DNA of 64,000 bases from Chiloscyllium plagiosum. Taxonomy: Eukaryota. Shown here piece by piece: positions 12,965 through 26,220 of this stretch. The position numbers were made by a program, and so were the translations under genes. The notes under the pieces are model-generated. The model saw only the letters and a list, made by a program, of their open reading frames with translations, made no database searches and had not been told where the DNA came from. The stretch lies in the NCBI RefSeq assembly GCF_004010195.1, contig NC_057717.1, forward strand, positions 103,940,282 to 104,004,281, in the 5' to 3' direction. Position 1 is the first letter of the stretch. Each line of letters begins with the position of its first letter.

Positions 12965-13272
12965 GGGTGGCACGGTGACACAGTGGTTAGCACTGCTGCC
13001 CCTCAGCGCCAGAGACCCGGGTTCAATTCCCACCTCAGGTGACTGTCTGTGCGGAGTTTGCACATTCTCCCCGTGTCTGCGTGGGTTTTTCCTGGGTGCT
13101 CCGGGTTCCTCCCACAATCCAAAGATGTGCAGGTTAGGTGAATTGGCCATGCTAAATTGCCCATAGTGTAGGGTCTGGTTGGGTTGCGCTTCGGAGGGTC
13201 GGTGTGGACATGTTGGGCCGAAGGGCCTGTTTCCACACTATAAGTAATCTAATATAATATAATCTAATCTAA
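12965..13272 (+). mobile_element. tRNA-derived V-SINE (HE1-like)
   Basis: GGTGGCACGGTGACACAGTGGTTAGCAC...GGTTCAATTCC head, V-domain core, AATCTAATCT tail. Confidence 0.88.
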
Positions 13273-13398
13273 ATGAACCAACTCTGGGAAGAGATATCCG
13301 TGACCAAATGACCTTTGTCAAGAGATTGGGATGATATACAACACTGGCAACAGACCTTAATACACAAGGTGCGCACGTACGTTCTCAGTGCAACTTAC

Positions 13399-13565
13399 AA
13401 GAGATCTCTTGGTGCAGTTTTTAACAGTATCCGAATAAACCTCCATCCTCCACTTCCCAGATAAATGCCAAAGCTTGCAGCTATAGTCCAGGTCCAGGAA
13501 ACGCCAAAGAGCTGCATCAATCCCAGAGATCCCAGGGACACGCTGCAACTAGCCACACTGTGCAT
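13399..13565 (-). CDS. SLC27A1: SLC27A1 (FATP1, long-chain fatty acid transport protein 1) first coding exon
   Basis: Minus-strand translation MHSVASCSVSLGSLGLMQLFGVSWTWTIAASFGIYLGSGGWRFIRILLKTAPRDL(F) resembles the FATP1 N-terminus. 167 bp, ending at donor GTAAGT. An acceptor (tttctAG|GAAGG ATG) sits 5 nt upstream of the ATG, implying an upstream non-coding exon. Confidence 0.92.
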
Positions 13566-13699
13566 CCTTCCTAGAAATTGCCTGTTAAATACAAAAAGAG
13601 CTCATTGTTAATTATCTGATGTTATCATGTCCTCATTGAAACAAAATAATTCTTAGGGGATCTGACAGGGTAAATGTGGAAAGGTTGCTTCCCCTCATG

Positions 13700-13903
13700 G
13701 TTTGGAGGAGCCGGTGTTGGACTGGGGTGGACAAAGTTAAAAATCACACAGCACCAGGTTATAGTCCAACAGGTTTATTTGGAAGCACTAGCCTTCGGAG
13801 CGCTGCTCCTCCACAACCACCTGATGAAGGAACAGCGCTCCGAAAGCTAGTGCTTCCAAATAAACCTGTTGGACTATAACCTGGTGTCATGTGATTTTTA
13901 ACT
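13700..13903 (+). mobile_element. Penelope-derived fold-back insertion (family B) nested in an old CR1
   Basis: Inverted arms of about 78 bp (13733-13810 and 13828-13905); TSD TTCCCCT(C/A)ATG at 13689-13699 and 13904-13914. Confidence 0.78.
13818..13852 (+). ncRNA. Minimal hammerhead ribozyme motif (family B)
   Basis: CAC-CUGAUGA-A-GGAAC-AGC-GCUCC-GAAA-GC-UA-GUG, with one mismatch in stem II. Confidence 0.6.
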
Positions 13904-14084
13904 TTCCCCTAATGATTAGCCTAGACCCAGATGGTATATCCGGAGAGTAAGTTAGGGCTGAGATGAGGAGGAATTTCTTCTCTCAGCGGTGAGTCTTTGG
14001 AATTCTGTATCACAGAGGGCTGTTGAGGCTGGGTTGTAGATATATTTAAGGTTGAGATAGGCAGATTTTGAATCAGTGAGGAAT

Positions 14085-14260
14085 CTGCGTGGGTTTCCTC
14101 CCACAATCCAAAGATGTGCAGGTCAGGTGCATTGGCCGTGCTAAATTGTCCCTAGTGTTAGGTGCATTAGTCAGAGGGAAATGGGTCTGGGTGGGTACTC
14201 TTCGGACGGTCGGTGTGGACTGGTTGGGCCGAAGGGCCTGTTTCCACACTGTAGGGAGTC
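14085..14260 (+). mobile_element. Truncated V-SINE
   Basis: CTGCGTGGGTTTCCTCCCACAATCCAAAGATGTGCAGG...GAAGGGCCTGTTTCCACACTGTAGG. Confidence 0.75.
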
Positions 14261-15339
14261 TAAAAAAAAATTAAAGAGTTAGAGGGAAATGGAGGAAAGT
14301 GAAGTGAAGGATTATGAAATCAGCCATGATCACGGTGAATAAAAGAGCAGACCCGATGGGCTGAATGGTCTCTCTTTGCTCCTGTGTTATGTCTAACAAC
14401 GAAGCTCAGAAATATTTGCACGAAGGGTTACAATAAGGTTTTAATATCAATATTCACTGCCAGTTGGTTACTGGAGGAATTGCAAGTTTAGCAGGTTCAT
14501 GTCAGTGTTACCAGTTCAAACAACATTAGAGTTCTCCTTGGAACTAAGGGCAACTCAGCAAATCTGTAAATGTCCCATCACATCAGGCATGGGCCATCCT
14601 GTGTAAACTACCTGAAATAAACAGGTCCACTCATCAATATTGTATGCAACTGGCCCTTTGTGGGCCTGAAAACCCTGCCCCAATTTTAAATAGAAGGACC
14701 AAATCTTGCCCCTGCAATTAGTCCTTGGACATTCCCAGCCCAAGCTGCCCTCTCTTTCTCAGCACTAACATTGGCTGCCAAAGACATTTCCTGATATTGA
14801 GGCTGTCCTCTATAATGCCGGCTTTCCAGCTCTGAACTCAAGCTCGTTGAATTCGGAGACTGTCCTTTCTCACTTGGGTAAGGTCCAGGAGTTAAAGCAA
14901 CCCTGATCTCACACTGAAAGCTCCACAGGCTGCTGAGAGTGCTACAGTATGGAGTTCAAACACAAGAAATGGGAGGTCACTCTTTGAGCCTGCTCAGCCA
15001 ATAAGACCCAGGTTGACTCCTTACCTCATCTTCAGTTTTGTGCAATATTCCCAAATCCTACGTATTTCCTCTGTAGCTAAAAAAAAACCTAAATGATCTC
15101 TCCTACCGAACACACACAGCCACAGAATGTTAGACTAGAATACACCAACCTGACCATGTTTTGCAATCCCCTTCCTTATCAGAACATAGATAAACTTCAT
15201 AATTCTGGCAGAGGGAAGACATTGGCAATAAAATATTAACTAGCTTATTTAACTGTTAGGCAACTAAATATTTAGCTACAGCACTACGCCTGTGTAGAAA
15301 TGGTCTGGCTGCAATTCCTTTTTTCCTGATTCTGGGTGA

Positions 15340-15725
15340 AATGCCTAATGTTCTCTTTATCCTGGATGTCACCTCTCAGTCAGATGATTGCTCCAGAGAA
15401 CAGAATCTCCCGTGCAGTACTGAAGTACTGGTCAGTCAGAGGAACCATCTTTCAGGTGAGGCACTAAAACAAGACCTCTTAATTGGACATAAATACCCTG
15501 TGGCACGATTTCTAGGGAGAGAAAGGAGTCCTCCTCAGCTTCTGACCAATATCTAGCCCTCGACAAACATCACAAGTCAAGACTGGTCGGACATTACCTG
15601 ATCGCTTGCTGTACAATGTCACACTGTACAACAGTGGCTTCATTTTATCTATTTGATTGAACATAAAGTGCTTTGTGATGTACTGGGATCGTGAATGATG
15701 CTATAGAAATGTAAATCTTCTTTGC
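15340..15725 (+). mobile_element. Old Deu-SINE-like (SacSINE1-like) element
   Basis: Diverged similarity to reverse-strand copies at about 42490-42670, 44120-44300 and 62130-62500. Family assignment is from memory only. Confidence 0.45.
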
Positions 15726-18700
15726 TTCTTTATAAGCCTTACATAACATGCACCATTACATGGCTTTGGCTCAATAAGGTCTGGAAGAACAAAAGGAAAC
15801 ATAGTTTTCTCTAAACACTCCATGTTTGTCCCAGTACACAGCTACTTTGGGATGGTGGTGCAAACTACACACAAGATTTTAGGAAGTCATTAGCGGAACT
15901 GTCCATTCTCATTCCTCGGTAGGTAACTCAACATGGTTCCTTCAATGTACAGCCATCTCTCTGCAATGGCGTTCAGATTATGCATTTTTCTCTATGTTTG
16001 AGCTGTCACTTTATCTGTGTTGTTCCGAATGCTGAGTACATTCAAACACTGAACCTGTAGTTCTGTGGTTCAAAGCAAACCATCAACCAGAATATAAAAG
16101 CAAAACCGCCAATCTAGAAAGAATGCCCACCGGAAAATCACCTAACCCAATCAGGGAGTGTACGTATGCACTGACTAACTAGATTCAGCACACATTTCAG
16201 GAACAGTAAAAATAGAGTTGTTGTACGGAGGTAGAATTGAGGGGAAAGAAGGAACAGCGTTACAACTGAGCAACAGGCAAGCTGTTTACTTAGATCCTGT
16301 CGCCATCAAATTACCTACTTTGCCAGTTCTCGAAAATGCTCAGTGTTCCTCAAACCGCTCCCACAAACCAACAAGATTTACTGGTGCCTCCCTGGTTTTA
16401 AAAAAATGCTGCACCGTGAGACTGAATCATTGAAGAGGTTCTATTAGTCATTGGGGGAGGGAATATCCATTACATTGACTTTGTGCAGTCTGACTGTTTA
16501 ATATACTCCACAATAGAAACCCAAAACAGGACCTCTCACTGTTTGAACAAAACCTACCTCTTTGACCAAGCTTTTGGTGACTGGGTTCTAACATCCCATG
16601 AGGCTGGGTGGTATATCTTGTTTCATCATGCTTTTGTGAACTGTCTTGAAGCGTTTAATTAGATTGAAGAAATGAATACAAGTTACAGCTGTTGCTCACA
16701 GGATTCAGCATAGTATATCATTTGAAAATAAAATTCAATAACTGAACGATGGAGCTTCTTACACAAGAGACAATTCAATCCATTACGCCCGTGTCATCTC
16801 TCTGAAAGAACTTAGTCACAAAGCACTCCACCCTCGAATCCTTGCAAATACTTTCCTTTTCAAGTATTCATCCTGTTCACTTTAAAAAGCTATTCTTCCA
16901 TCAGCTTCCAGGCTGCACATTCCAGATCATGACAACTTGCTGCTCATTCTCATTTCCCTCTGGTCCCTCGGTTAATCGCTTTAAAGTTGTATCCACTGGT
17001 TACCCACGTTGTTCTTTCTTCTGATTTTCCTTCAAACATCCCCTTCAATCTTTGCTGTTCTTGAGAGAATTATTCCAAACTTTCGTAGGCTCCGAGCTCA
17101 CTCACCCGTGTGCCACCAAGTGATTTAGGCTGTGCCAGAGTCCCAATGTCACGATTCCTTGCCCATTTTTTTACCAGATGCTTTTGAGGTCCCGTTCCCA
17201 CCCACTGAGCCTGATTTTCTGGCACCATTCAGTCTCCTGATCCAACTAGCACCAATCAAAAATCCCCCTGACCGACCTGACAACTGAGACAGTATAGCGC
17301 ACCATTCCACAACAAGCATTGCACACAAAATAAAATCACTCAAGGGATTAGAAAGCTCCATTGTCTCAATCTTTGGAACAGTCTTCATTTGAAACGTGGA
17401 GGGTTTTATGGGTCGTGATTGAAATGGGAGGGCACCCTCCCTTCATCTCAAATGGTCAATTTAAATATTTAACAATTTAGAATTATTCTTTCATCATTGT
17501 TACGCATTTACATTAAGGAATAAGAAAACAGGTAATTGAGTTCACTTCTCTACATTAAAATACGGTACAAACATTTTCAAGTGAAAAGCTGTTTTAGCTA
17601 AGAGAAGCTCAGAATCAACAACTCACCAGATCTGTAACAACGGTTTAGGAATTTCCCAGCACACAGAATCTGAACTGCAAACCAACGAGAATTTCTTTGC
17701 TGGAAACAATTTCTTTTTAATGTTCAGTTGGGATTCCTGGACGAAACAAGTTCACATCGAAAGCAAGGAGATCTCACCTCCCATTAGCATGCAGCAACTT
17801 TCCTGTTTTGATCTGTTTCACTGTACACAAAGATACCTCATTGTGGCTCTGTGGAGCAGCGCACAGGCAGTGTTCCAGCAAGGCTGCTGTTCCATTTTCA
17901 AACAAGTGCTCCACTCACTGGAAACCTCTCAGAGAACCACAAAGTTCTCTGTTAGCTCCTCCCCATCGCCATTCACGGGGGCAGGCGCAGATCAATTGGC
18001 AGAAAAAAAACCTCAAATCCAAATAGATTCTATAGGTGATTACTTCAAAAAGAGCCGTTTTCAAGAATAAACTGTGCAGAATCCCATCGATTTGAATGCT
18101 CTCTCTGCTAATGAATGCCAAAGAAACTGACCTCAGGATAGTTCCAGCTCTAAGTGACACATAATAGGATCAGGTGACAAAAGATATGCACCAAAGATTT
18201 CAGAATAACCCACAGGTTAACACACAGTCTTTTGTTACATAAAATATAGGGGAAGATTACGATTAAGAGAACTCTTATGTAAACTTTAAACTGATCAAGT
18301 TGACCAATGTTAGTTCTGGGGAATGGCACCTTCAGCAATTACAGGAATCTAATGCAATGCTTAAGTGAAGCAATCAAATATTTTCATAATATTACAGCAA
18401 TCTTTCAATATGAATGTTTCCATCATCACATATTCCTACACATGGGGACGCAAAGGTATTTCCCAACAAGACAAGCGACGCTCGGCTTTTCATCGAAGCA
18501 AGTCAAAGTCCCAGACAACTATGTTGAGAAGATATACTGGACAGAAACGTATAACTGCACCATAAAATGCACAGAACACCTGGTTCACAATCCTAATCAA
18601 TCTTATCGGTAGACATGGCTTGAACTGGAGACTTTTGTTGAGAATCCAGGTGAAAGACAACACCATTGGCTAGGATTACAGAACAAAAGCTGAGGAAATG

Positions 18701-19461
18701 AAGCTCTGGTAGCGGGATATAAATCACAAGTTTTATGAAGTTTGTAAATCTGTTAAAGAATAAGCTGAAACAGAATACGGTGCAATTCATTTCTGACCAT
18801 AACAAGGAGGAAGCATACATAAGCATTACAGAATATATCCACAGTTCAGAAGATATTAAGGCTGGAAAGAGAAGAGAATGCACCATAGTCTTATCTATTT
18901 TCTTCACAAAATAAAAACTGCTGAGATCTGGGAAGCAAGCCAGCAAGGCAACAGACAATATAGATTAGTGAACAATATATATTACCTGGGATGGACAAGT
19001 GAGAATCTCTAGAAGTGAGACTTGAGGTGCAAAAAAAGGCAAAGAACTAGTGAAGTAATAATACTGAATGCAGAGGTCAGCATGCAGTTTCTGGGTGTGT
19101 TATCAATTACTCACAGCTCCCTCAGACATTCAAGTCAGCAAAATATGATCAGAAAGAAACGAGACAGGTTCCAACATTCACTTCAACACAAACTGCAAGG
19201 CACATTGCAGTAAGAGTACAATATGCACCCCTAAACCAAAATCAAGCGACAAAACTCACAGTTCACACGGGAATATCAAACATGGGATGGGGGGGGGGAA
19301 GCGTGGTAAAGGAGGCCAGAGTAGTGGTGCTTAACAATCTTGGCAGAGAAAGAAACTTCTCAGAAACTGGGGAAGGAGGAGATAGAATTCAGGGGCAGTA
19401 GGAAGGGGAACTATCAAGGATGGGGAGAAGGGATTCAGTGATGGAGTGATCACTAATGGCT

Positions 19462-19961
19462 NNNNNNNNNNNNNNNNNNNNNNNNNNNNNNNNNNNNNNN
19501 NNNNNNNNNNNNNNNNNNNNNNNNNNNNNNNNNNNNNNNNNNNNNNNNNNNNNNNNNNNNNNNNNNNNNNNNNNNNNNNNNNNNNNNNNNNNNNNNNNNN
19601 NNNNNNNNNNNNNNNNNNNNNNNNNNNNNNNNNNNNNNNNNNNNNNNNNNNNNNNNNNNNNNNNNNNNNNNNNNNNNNNNNNNNNNNNNNNNNNNNNNNN
19701 NNNNNNNNNNNNNNNNNNNNNNNNNNNNNNNNNNNNNNNNNNNNNNNNNNNNNNNNNNNNNNNNNNNNNNNNNNNNNNNNNNNNNNNNNNNNNNNNNNNN
19801 NNNNNNNNNNNNNNNNNNNNNNNNNNNNNNNNNNNNNNNNNNNNNNNNNNNNNNNNNNNNNNNNNNNNNNNNNNNNNNNNNNNNNNNNNNNNNNNNNNNN
19901 NNNNNNNNNNNNNNNNNNNNNNNNNNNNNNNNNNNNNNNNNNNNNNNNNNNNNNNNNNNNN
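19462..19961. other. Assembly gap (exactly 500 N)
   Basis: N run of round length, suggesting an unsized scaffolding join. Confidence 0.99.
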
Positions 19962-20688
19962 TTCCTATCGATGGTGCCCCCTGTTCCTGTCGATGGTGCT
20001 CACTGTTCCTAGAGATGGTGCCCTCTGTTCCTATAGAAGGTGCCCACTGTTCCTGTCGATGGTGCGCTCTGTTCCTGTCGATGGTGCGCTCTGTTCCTGT
20101 CGATGGTGCCCTCTGTTCCTATCGATGGTGCGCTCTGTTCCTATCGATGGTGCCCTCTGTCCCTACAGATGGTACCCTCTGTTCCTATCGATGGTGCGCT
20201 CTGTCCCTGTCGATGGTGCCCTCTGTTCCTATCGATGGTACCCTCTGTTCCTATCGATGGTGCCCTCTGTTCCTATCGATGGTGCCCTCTGTTCCTATCC
20301 ATGGTACCCTCTGTTCCTATCGATGGTGCCCTCTGTTCCTATAGATGGTGCCCTCTGTTCCTATCGATGGTGCCCTCTGTTCCTATCGATGGTGCGCTCT
20401 GTTCCTATCGATGGTGCCCTCTGTCCCTACAGATGGTGCCCTCTGATCCTATAGATGTTGCCCTCTGTTCCTATCGATGGTGCCCTCTGTCCCTACAGAT
20501 AGTGCCCTCTGTCCTTACAGATGGTGCCCTCTGTTCCTATAGATGGTGCCCTCTGTTCCTATCGATGGGTGCCCTCTGTTCCTATCGATGGTGCGCTCTG
20601 TTCCTATCGATGGTGCCCTCTGTTCCTATCGATGGTGCATACTGTTGCTATAGATGGTACACGCTGTTCCTGTCGATGGTGGCCTCTG
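19962..20688. repeat. 22-bp minisatellite (ATCGATGGTGCCCTCTGTTCCT)n, about 33 visible copies
   Basis: Direct tandem units; runs into the gap, so the true length is unknown. Confidence 0.95.
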
Positions 20689-21684
20689 TGTCAGTGGTGA
20701 AGGGAGTGAATGTTGAACCTTAACCCTATAGCAGGTGCCATTCAAATGGGCTGTTTTGTCTTGGGTGACATTGAGCTTATTGAGTGTTGTTGTAGCTGTG
20801 ATAAATAACAATTAGAGTCCCTGAAGTTTTACACAGACCTGCGGTAAGGGCAGGTTTGGATAGTTTGGCCAGCGAACACCTTTGTGTGCCGTTGCAATCA
20901 GAGGTTTGGCCTTAGTTTGAATGTGCAGCTTGTTTAGATGGAGAAAGCTGGTAATGATTTACACTGTCACAAAGTACTGCACTCCCACATCGTCCTTAAA
21001 TCATTCCTAAGTTGTCAGCACTTCCAGTGAACAAACAGAACTAGGGCAGAAGATGTGGAACACTTTAACCTAGTTACTTACTCAAAACTTGCAAAGCAAT
21101 ACAGTGTTTTGTTCATGTTCAGCGAACTGGCTGTGCCCCACAGAGGGCTCTCAGCTCAGGCAGTGTTTGGGGGAGGTGGGGATGGGGGGTTGCCTCGACA
21201 CCTTGTCTAAACCAGAGTCAGCCTGACCTTTCATGGATACAGTAAATTGGTGGATATGTTCATCGGATAATAAGTCAGGGACCTGAACTAATTATCATAA
21301 GAGTCATAAAAAGCGCCATCTTGTTTATCAGTATCCTTTAGGGAAGGAAATCTGCCATCCTCACTCAGTCTGGCCAACATGTGACCCACAGCAATGTGGT
21401 TGACTCTTAACTGCCCTCAGAATTGACCCAAACCATTTGTGGCTCACTACTGCCTTCTGAAGGGGTAGGAGTTTACGGGCAATAAATGCTGCCCTTACCA
21501 GCAATGCCGCCACTCTGTTAGCGACAAGAGATGACACTTCCGCAACTTCCTGTCTTTCCCTGTGCACGGATGTTGATTGGTCCACTGCAGTGTTTTGAGC
21601 CTCAGTCCCTGGTTTCCCCACGTTTGTGGAGTGTTGCTTTCGGTTGTCTGTCCCACTGACAGTTCCATTCCGTTTTCTGGCCAG

Positions 21685-21831
21685 GTATCGAAGGGAAGGC
21701 TGGAATGGCTGCCATCGCTGATCCCAAGAACAAAATCAATCCTGACCTCTTCTCCCAGGACCTGATAAAGGTGCTGCCTCCATACGCCAGGCCAGTCTTC
21801 CTCCGCATCCTCCCTGTCGTGGATACCACAA
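21685..21831 (+). CDS. SLC27A1: SLC27A1 penultimate coding exon
   Basis: 147 bp, acceptor ttttctggccAG, donor GTACGT. Encodes [49 protein letters not shown], with the FATP motifs EGKAGMA and LPxYARPxFLR. Confidence 0.93.
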
Positions 21832-21859
21832 GTACGTTACCGGGAGAAGATCATTAAGC

Positions 21860-22332
21860 TCCAGAGGGTTCACAAAAGATTTATCACGTTGTTGCCGAGA
21901 ATGGAGAGTTTGAGATTAAAAGATAGGCTGGACTTCATTTCACTGGAGCGGAGGAGGTTGAGGAGTAAACCTTTATTGAGGTTTATAAAATCATGAGGGG
22001 CACACACACAAGGTGAATGGCAGGTGTCTTTTCCCTAGGGTGGGGGCGTTCAAGACCAAAGGGACATATTTTTAAGGTGAGAGGAGAAAGATTTAAAAAA
22101 GGACACCGGGGGTAACTCTTTCTATGCAGAGTGTGGTTTGGATGTGGAATGAACTTCAGAGATCGTGGTGGTTGTGGGTACATTTGAAAGGCGTGTATAA
22201 GTTCCTGCATAGGAAAGGTTTGGAGGGATGTGGGCCAGGAGCAGGCAGGTGGGACTAGTTTAGTTTGGGGATATGGTCAGCATGGACTGGTTGGACCGAA
22301 GGGTCTGTTTCCGTGCTGTATGACAGTGACTC
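21860..22332 (+). mobile_element. Diverged CR1 3' fragment
   Basis: GAGGTTTATAAAATCATGAGGGGC...GGAATGAACT...GGTCTGTTTCCGTGCTGTA. Confidence 0.8.
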
Positions 22333-23789
22333 TACACAGCTAACGCATGCAGCGAGTCCAGTTCCGCCGGACGTGTACTTGCGTGTTTGGGACTATGTGA
22401 TGTCAAGTTTTAATTTTTCCCATTTGCAGAAGTGGATGTCTTGTAGCCGTGTCCCAGGGAGTGTAGCACACGGTGGTCAGTCAGTGTGCGTTTCTCTTGA
22501 CACACCTTGATCATCTCAACTTTTCCATACAGATGAGGCAGGGGCCTGATAACAGACCTTGTCTTAGCCCTCTGGACTGGAGCTGGCTTTGCTCTGGCCC
22601 ATTAGTTACTGCAGGATACCACTCAGCCTCTTGCAGCCTGTTCCACCGTTCAATAAATCCTGGCTGAAATTGAATCATGACTCCACATCTCGTAACATCA
22701 TCCTTAACAAAACTCAACCCACCTGCACTCCCTCCACCAGCCTCAACAACTTTCTGGGATGGAGGTTTCTAGATCGTTACTTCTCTGTTGCCTGATATCA
22801 GCCCTGAAAACCCACCATTAATTGTAAGGTTACCCTCTCCATGCCCCTCTTCATTGCCTCCCACCAGAACTGGTTCCTCAGTCAAACCTATCAAGTGTTT
22901 TCATCATCGTAAACCATTCTTCCTTCGTTTAGTTTAATTTATTTCAAACGTTCTTCGTTCTCAGACTGTCTTTGCCTCCCTGTTCCATTCAGCGACTACA
23001 CAATTACTCAGTCCTTTCAGATGAAGCTCCTTGCTGTGTCAGTGCTGAGCTCTCCCCCTGGCCTCCTTTGTGAGTGGTGTCACTTGTAACTGGGATCCTG
23101 ACGGACGCTCCCCTCCCTGTCTCTGCAGAGTTTCACATGTTGTGTTTTTTCTCGTTTTCCCATTCAGAAAACAGCTCTGTCTCAGTGCAAAGGACCTGGC
23201 CACCAGGTTTCCAGCAAATGTTTCTCCAAGTCACCCGAGGATCCCTGTCCATGGCCTTGTGATCCCGTCCACCATCACGGAGTCAGTTCTCAGGCTGTAT
23301 GGAAGCCTGCCCAGATCGGTCTCCTTTCCCCATGTTGAAGTACAATCTTTTCAACCTTCAAACCAAGCCCTCTTTCATCAGGAAGACTGGAGACATTATT
23401 CTAGTTCACTTGATCTACTCCCTCTGACTCTGACTCAGACTCGGACCTGGACCTCCTGTCCAAAGCTAACCTGCAAGCTTCACAAACTAGTTGTCGCTGA
23501 AGGCTACTCATTATCATGTTTGTGATGTTTCCCACCTCAGCTCCCACTGTTAAAACCCCCTTGAGTCTGCTTTTATCTCTTGGCAATTGGTTCTGCCCAC
23601 CCCACCTTCCAGCATCTTCAGCTATTGTTGCAGGGGTCCAGTAAACTCAAGGTCCAGACGCGCCAACAGCCATTCTCGGCCTTGTTTCCACCATCTTCCC
23701 CTCACCTGCCCCCACAGCTTTCCACTGTCCCCACTGCTGTTCTGTGCAGCTCCCCTTCCCTTCCCTCAGGATTTCCAGGCTCTGTGTTG

Positions 23790-25335
23790 GAGCTAAGGAT
23801 AGATAAGTCTCCTGGCCCTGATGGAATGCATCCCAGGGTTCTAAAAGAGATGGCGGGAGAAATAGGTGGACTGGCAGTAATTTTCCAAAATTTGCTGGAC
23901 TCTGGGGCAGTCCCAGCAGATTGGAAAACAGCAAATTGATGCCACTGTATAAAAAGGGAGGTAGACAAAAGATGGGGGATTATAGACCAGTTAGCTTAAC
24001 CTCTGTAGTGGGGAAGATGCTTGAGTCTGTTATCAAGGAAGAAGTAGCGGAGCATCTTGAAAGAGATTGTCCCATTGTACAGACGCAGCATGGGTTCATG
24101 AAGGGCAGGCCATGCTTCACATATCTTTTGGAATTCTGTGAAGACATTTCAAGCAACGTGGACAAAGGGGACCCAGTGGATGTGGTGTACCTAGATTTCC
24201 AAAAGGCCTTTGACAAGGTGCCACACAAGAGGCTGCTGCATAAGATAAGGATGCAAGGCATTATGGGTAAAGAATTAGTATGGATAGAGGATTGGTTTGC
24301 TAACAGGAAGCAAAGAGTGGGGATAAATGAGCGCTATTCTGGCTGGCAATCAGTAACTAGCGATGTGCCTCAGGGATCAGTGTTGGGACCACAATTATTC
24401 ACAATTTATAAAGATGATTTGGAGTTGGGGACCACGTGTAGTATGTCAATGTTTACAGATGAGACTATGATTAGTGGACTCTGAAACTTTGTAGAGGAAC
24501 AAGGATACTATGACTGAGTGGGCAAAGGTCTGGCAGATGGAGTACAACGTTAATAAATGTGAACTCCTATATTTTGGGAGGAGTAATAGTAAAACAGACT
24601 ATTACATGAGTGGTAAAAAGTTGTAGCATGTGCAGAGGGACCTGGGTGTCACAGAGGGTTGGTCTGCAGGTACAACAGGTAAATAGGAAGGCAAATGGAA
24701 TATTGTCCTTCATTGCTGAAGGGGTTAAGTTTAAAAGCAGGGAGGTTATGTTGCAGCTGTACAAGGTGCTGGTGAGGCCACACCTGGAGTACTATGTGCA
24801 GGTTTGGTCTCCTTACTTGAGAAAGGATGGACTGGCACCGGAGGGGGTGCAGAGGAGGTTCACCAGGTTGGTTCTGGAGTTGGGGGGGGGCGGTTGGCTT
24901 ATGAACAGAGATTGAGTAGACTGGGATTATATTCATTGGAATTCAGAAGAATGAGGGCGGGCTCTTATAGAAATATAACTTTTATGAAGGGAATAGATAC
25001 GATAGAAGTAGAGAGAATGTTTCCACTGGCAGGTGAAACTAGGACAGGAGGCATAGCCTCACGATTAGGGGGAGCAGATTTAGAACTGAACTGAGAAGGA
25101 ACTTCTTTACCAGAGGGTTGTTAATCTGTGGAATTCCCTGCCCAGGGAAGTTGTCATCACTACTTCAGTAACTAAGGTAGATATGTTTTTGAACAGTAAA
25201 GGGATTAAGGGTTACAGTGAGCAGGCAGGTAAGTGGAGCTGAGGCCATGGAAAGGTCAGCCATGGTCTTATTGCGTGGCGGAGTGGGCTCGATGGGCCAA
25301 ATGGCCTACTCCTGCTCCTGATTCTTATGTCCTAT
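23790..25335 (+). mobile_element. Decayed CR1 LINE with RT domain
   Basis: DKSPGPDGMHPRVLKE...YRPVSLTSVVGK...QHGF...YLDFQKAFDKVPH...VPQGSVLGP, interrupted by stops, frameshifts and deletions. Confidence 0.92.
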
Positions 25336-25888
25336 GGTAGAGTACTTACCATAGTAAATGATGTTCCTCCCAGAACCCATGCTGTGCAGTGTCAGCAGTA
25401 TGGTTGGGTGTTGATCTAACGATAGATTCACCATTAATGTTTGCAACAGAGTTTGAACGAATGTGGATGAACCCTAGAGTACAATCCTTGCAGTGTTTTT
25501 TTCCCTTTCCTGATTTTAAGTTAAACATTCACAAATAAATCCCTCCAGTTCCACACTCTAACCTGACGTGGCCTGTTCTATTACTGTGGTTTCTGTGTTC
25601 CCTCGTTTCCCAGAACTTTTTTGCCTGGGTGAGAATGTGATCCTTCCTTTTAATCCATTGCCAGTGTGTGGAGATGCTGAAGGTTGTACAGCATGTACGC
25701 AGTGAGGAATGGAGTGATAGTCTCAGTCTCAGTTCTTAGACCTGCCACCAGAACTGGTGAGCTGAAACATTGACTCGATTTCTGTCTCCACAGATGCTGC
25801 CCGGCCTGCTGAGTCTCTCCTGCATTCCTCCCCACCCCCACCCCCTCCATTCTCAGTATTTTGTTTTTGTAGCTATCCTTTTTTTTGA

Positions 25889-26220
25889 GTGGCTCGGTGG
25901 TTAGCACTGCTGCCTCACAGCACCAGGGTTCCTGGTTTGATCCCAGCCTCGGGTGACTGTCTGTGTGGAGTTTGCACATTCTCCCCGTGTCTGCATGGGT
26001 TTTCTCCGGTTTCCTCCCAAAGTCCAAAAGATGTGCAGGCTAGGGTGGATTGGCCATGGCAAATTGCCCATTGTGTCCAGGGATGTGTAGGTTAGGTGCA
26101 TTAGTCAGGGGTAAATGTAGATGATTAGAGTAGGGACTGGGTCTGGTTGGAATACTCTTCGGAAGGTGGTGTAGACTTGTGGGGCCAAATTACACTTTCC
26201 ACGCTATAGAAATTCTATGA
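25889..26220 (+). mobile_element. V-SINE
   Basis: Same head, core and tail as 12965-13272. Confidence 0.85.

Noticed and set aside
12965..13035. tRNA-like A and B boxes (also in other SINE heads)
   Set aside because: These are SINE heads continuing into the V-SINE core and tail, not stand-alone tRNA genes.
17627..17669. Possible small 5' UTR exon of SLC27A1 (minus strand AG...GTGAGT)
   Set aside because: Splice-like signals only; cannot be distinguished from chance without transcript data.
18593..18958. 121-aa hydrophobic minus-strand ORF
   Set aside because: TTG start, T-rich composition, no recognisable homology or splice structure.
19962..20723. Regular repeats resembling a CRISPR array, and long repetitive ORFs (RWCPLFLSMVPSVPIDGALCSY)
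   Set aside because: Units are directly adjacent with no unique spacers, there are no cas genes and the context is eukaryotic; the ORFs are a by-product of the repeat.
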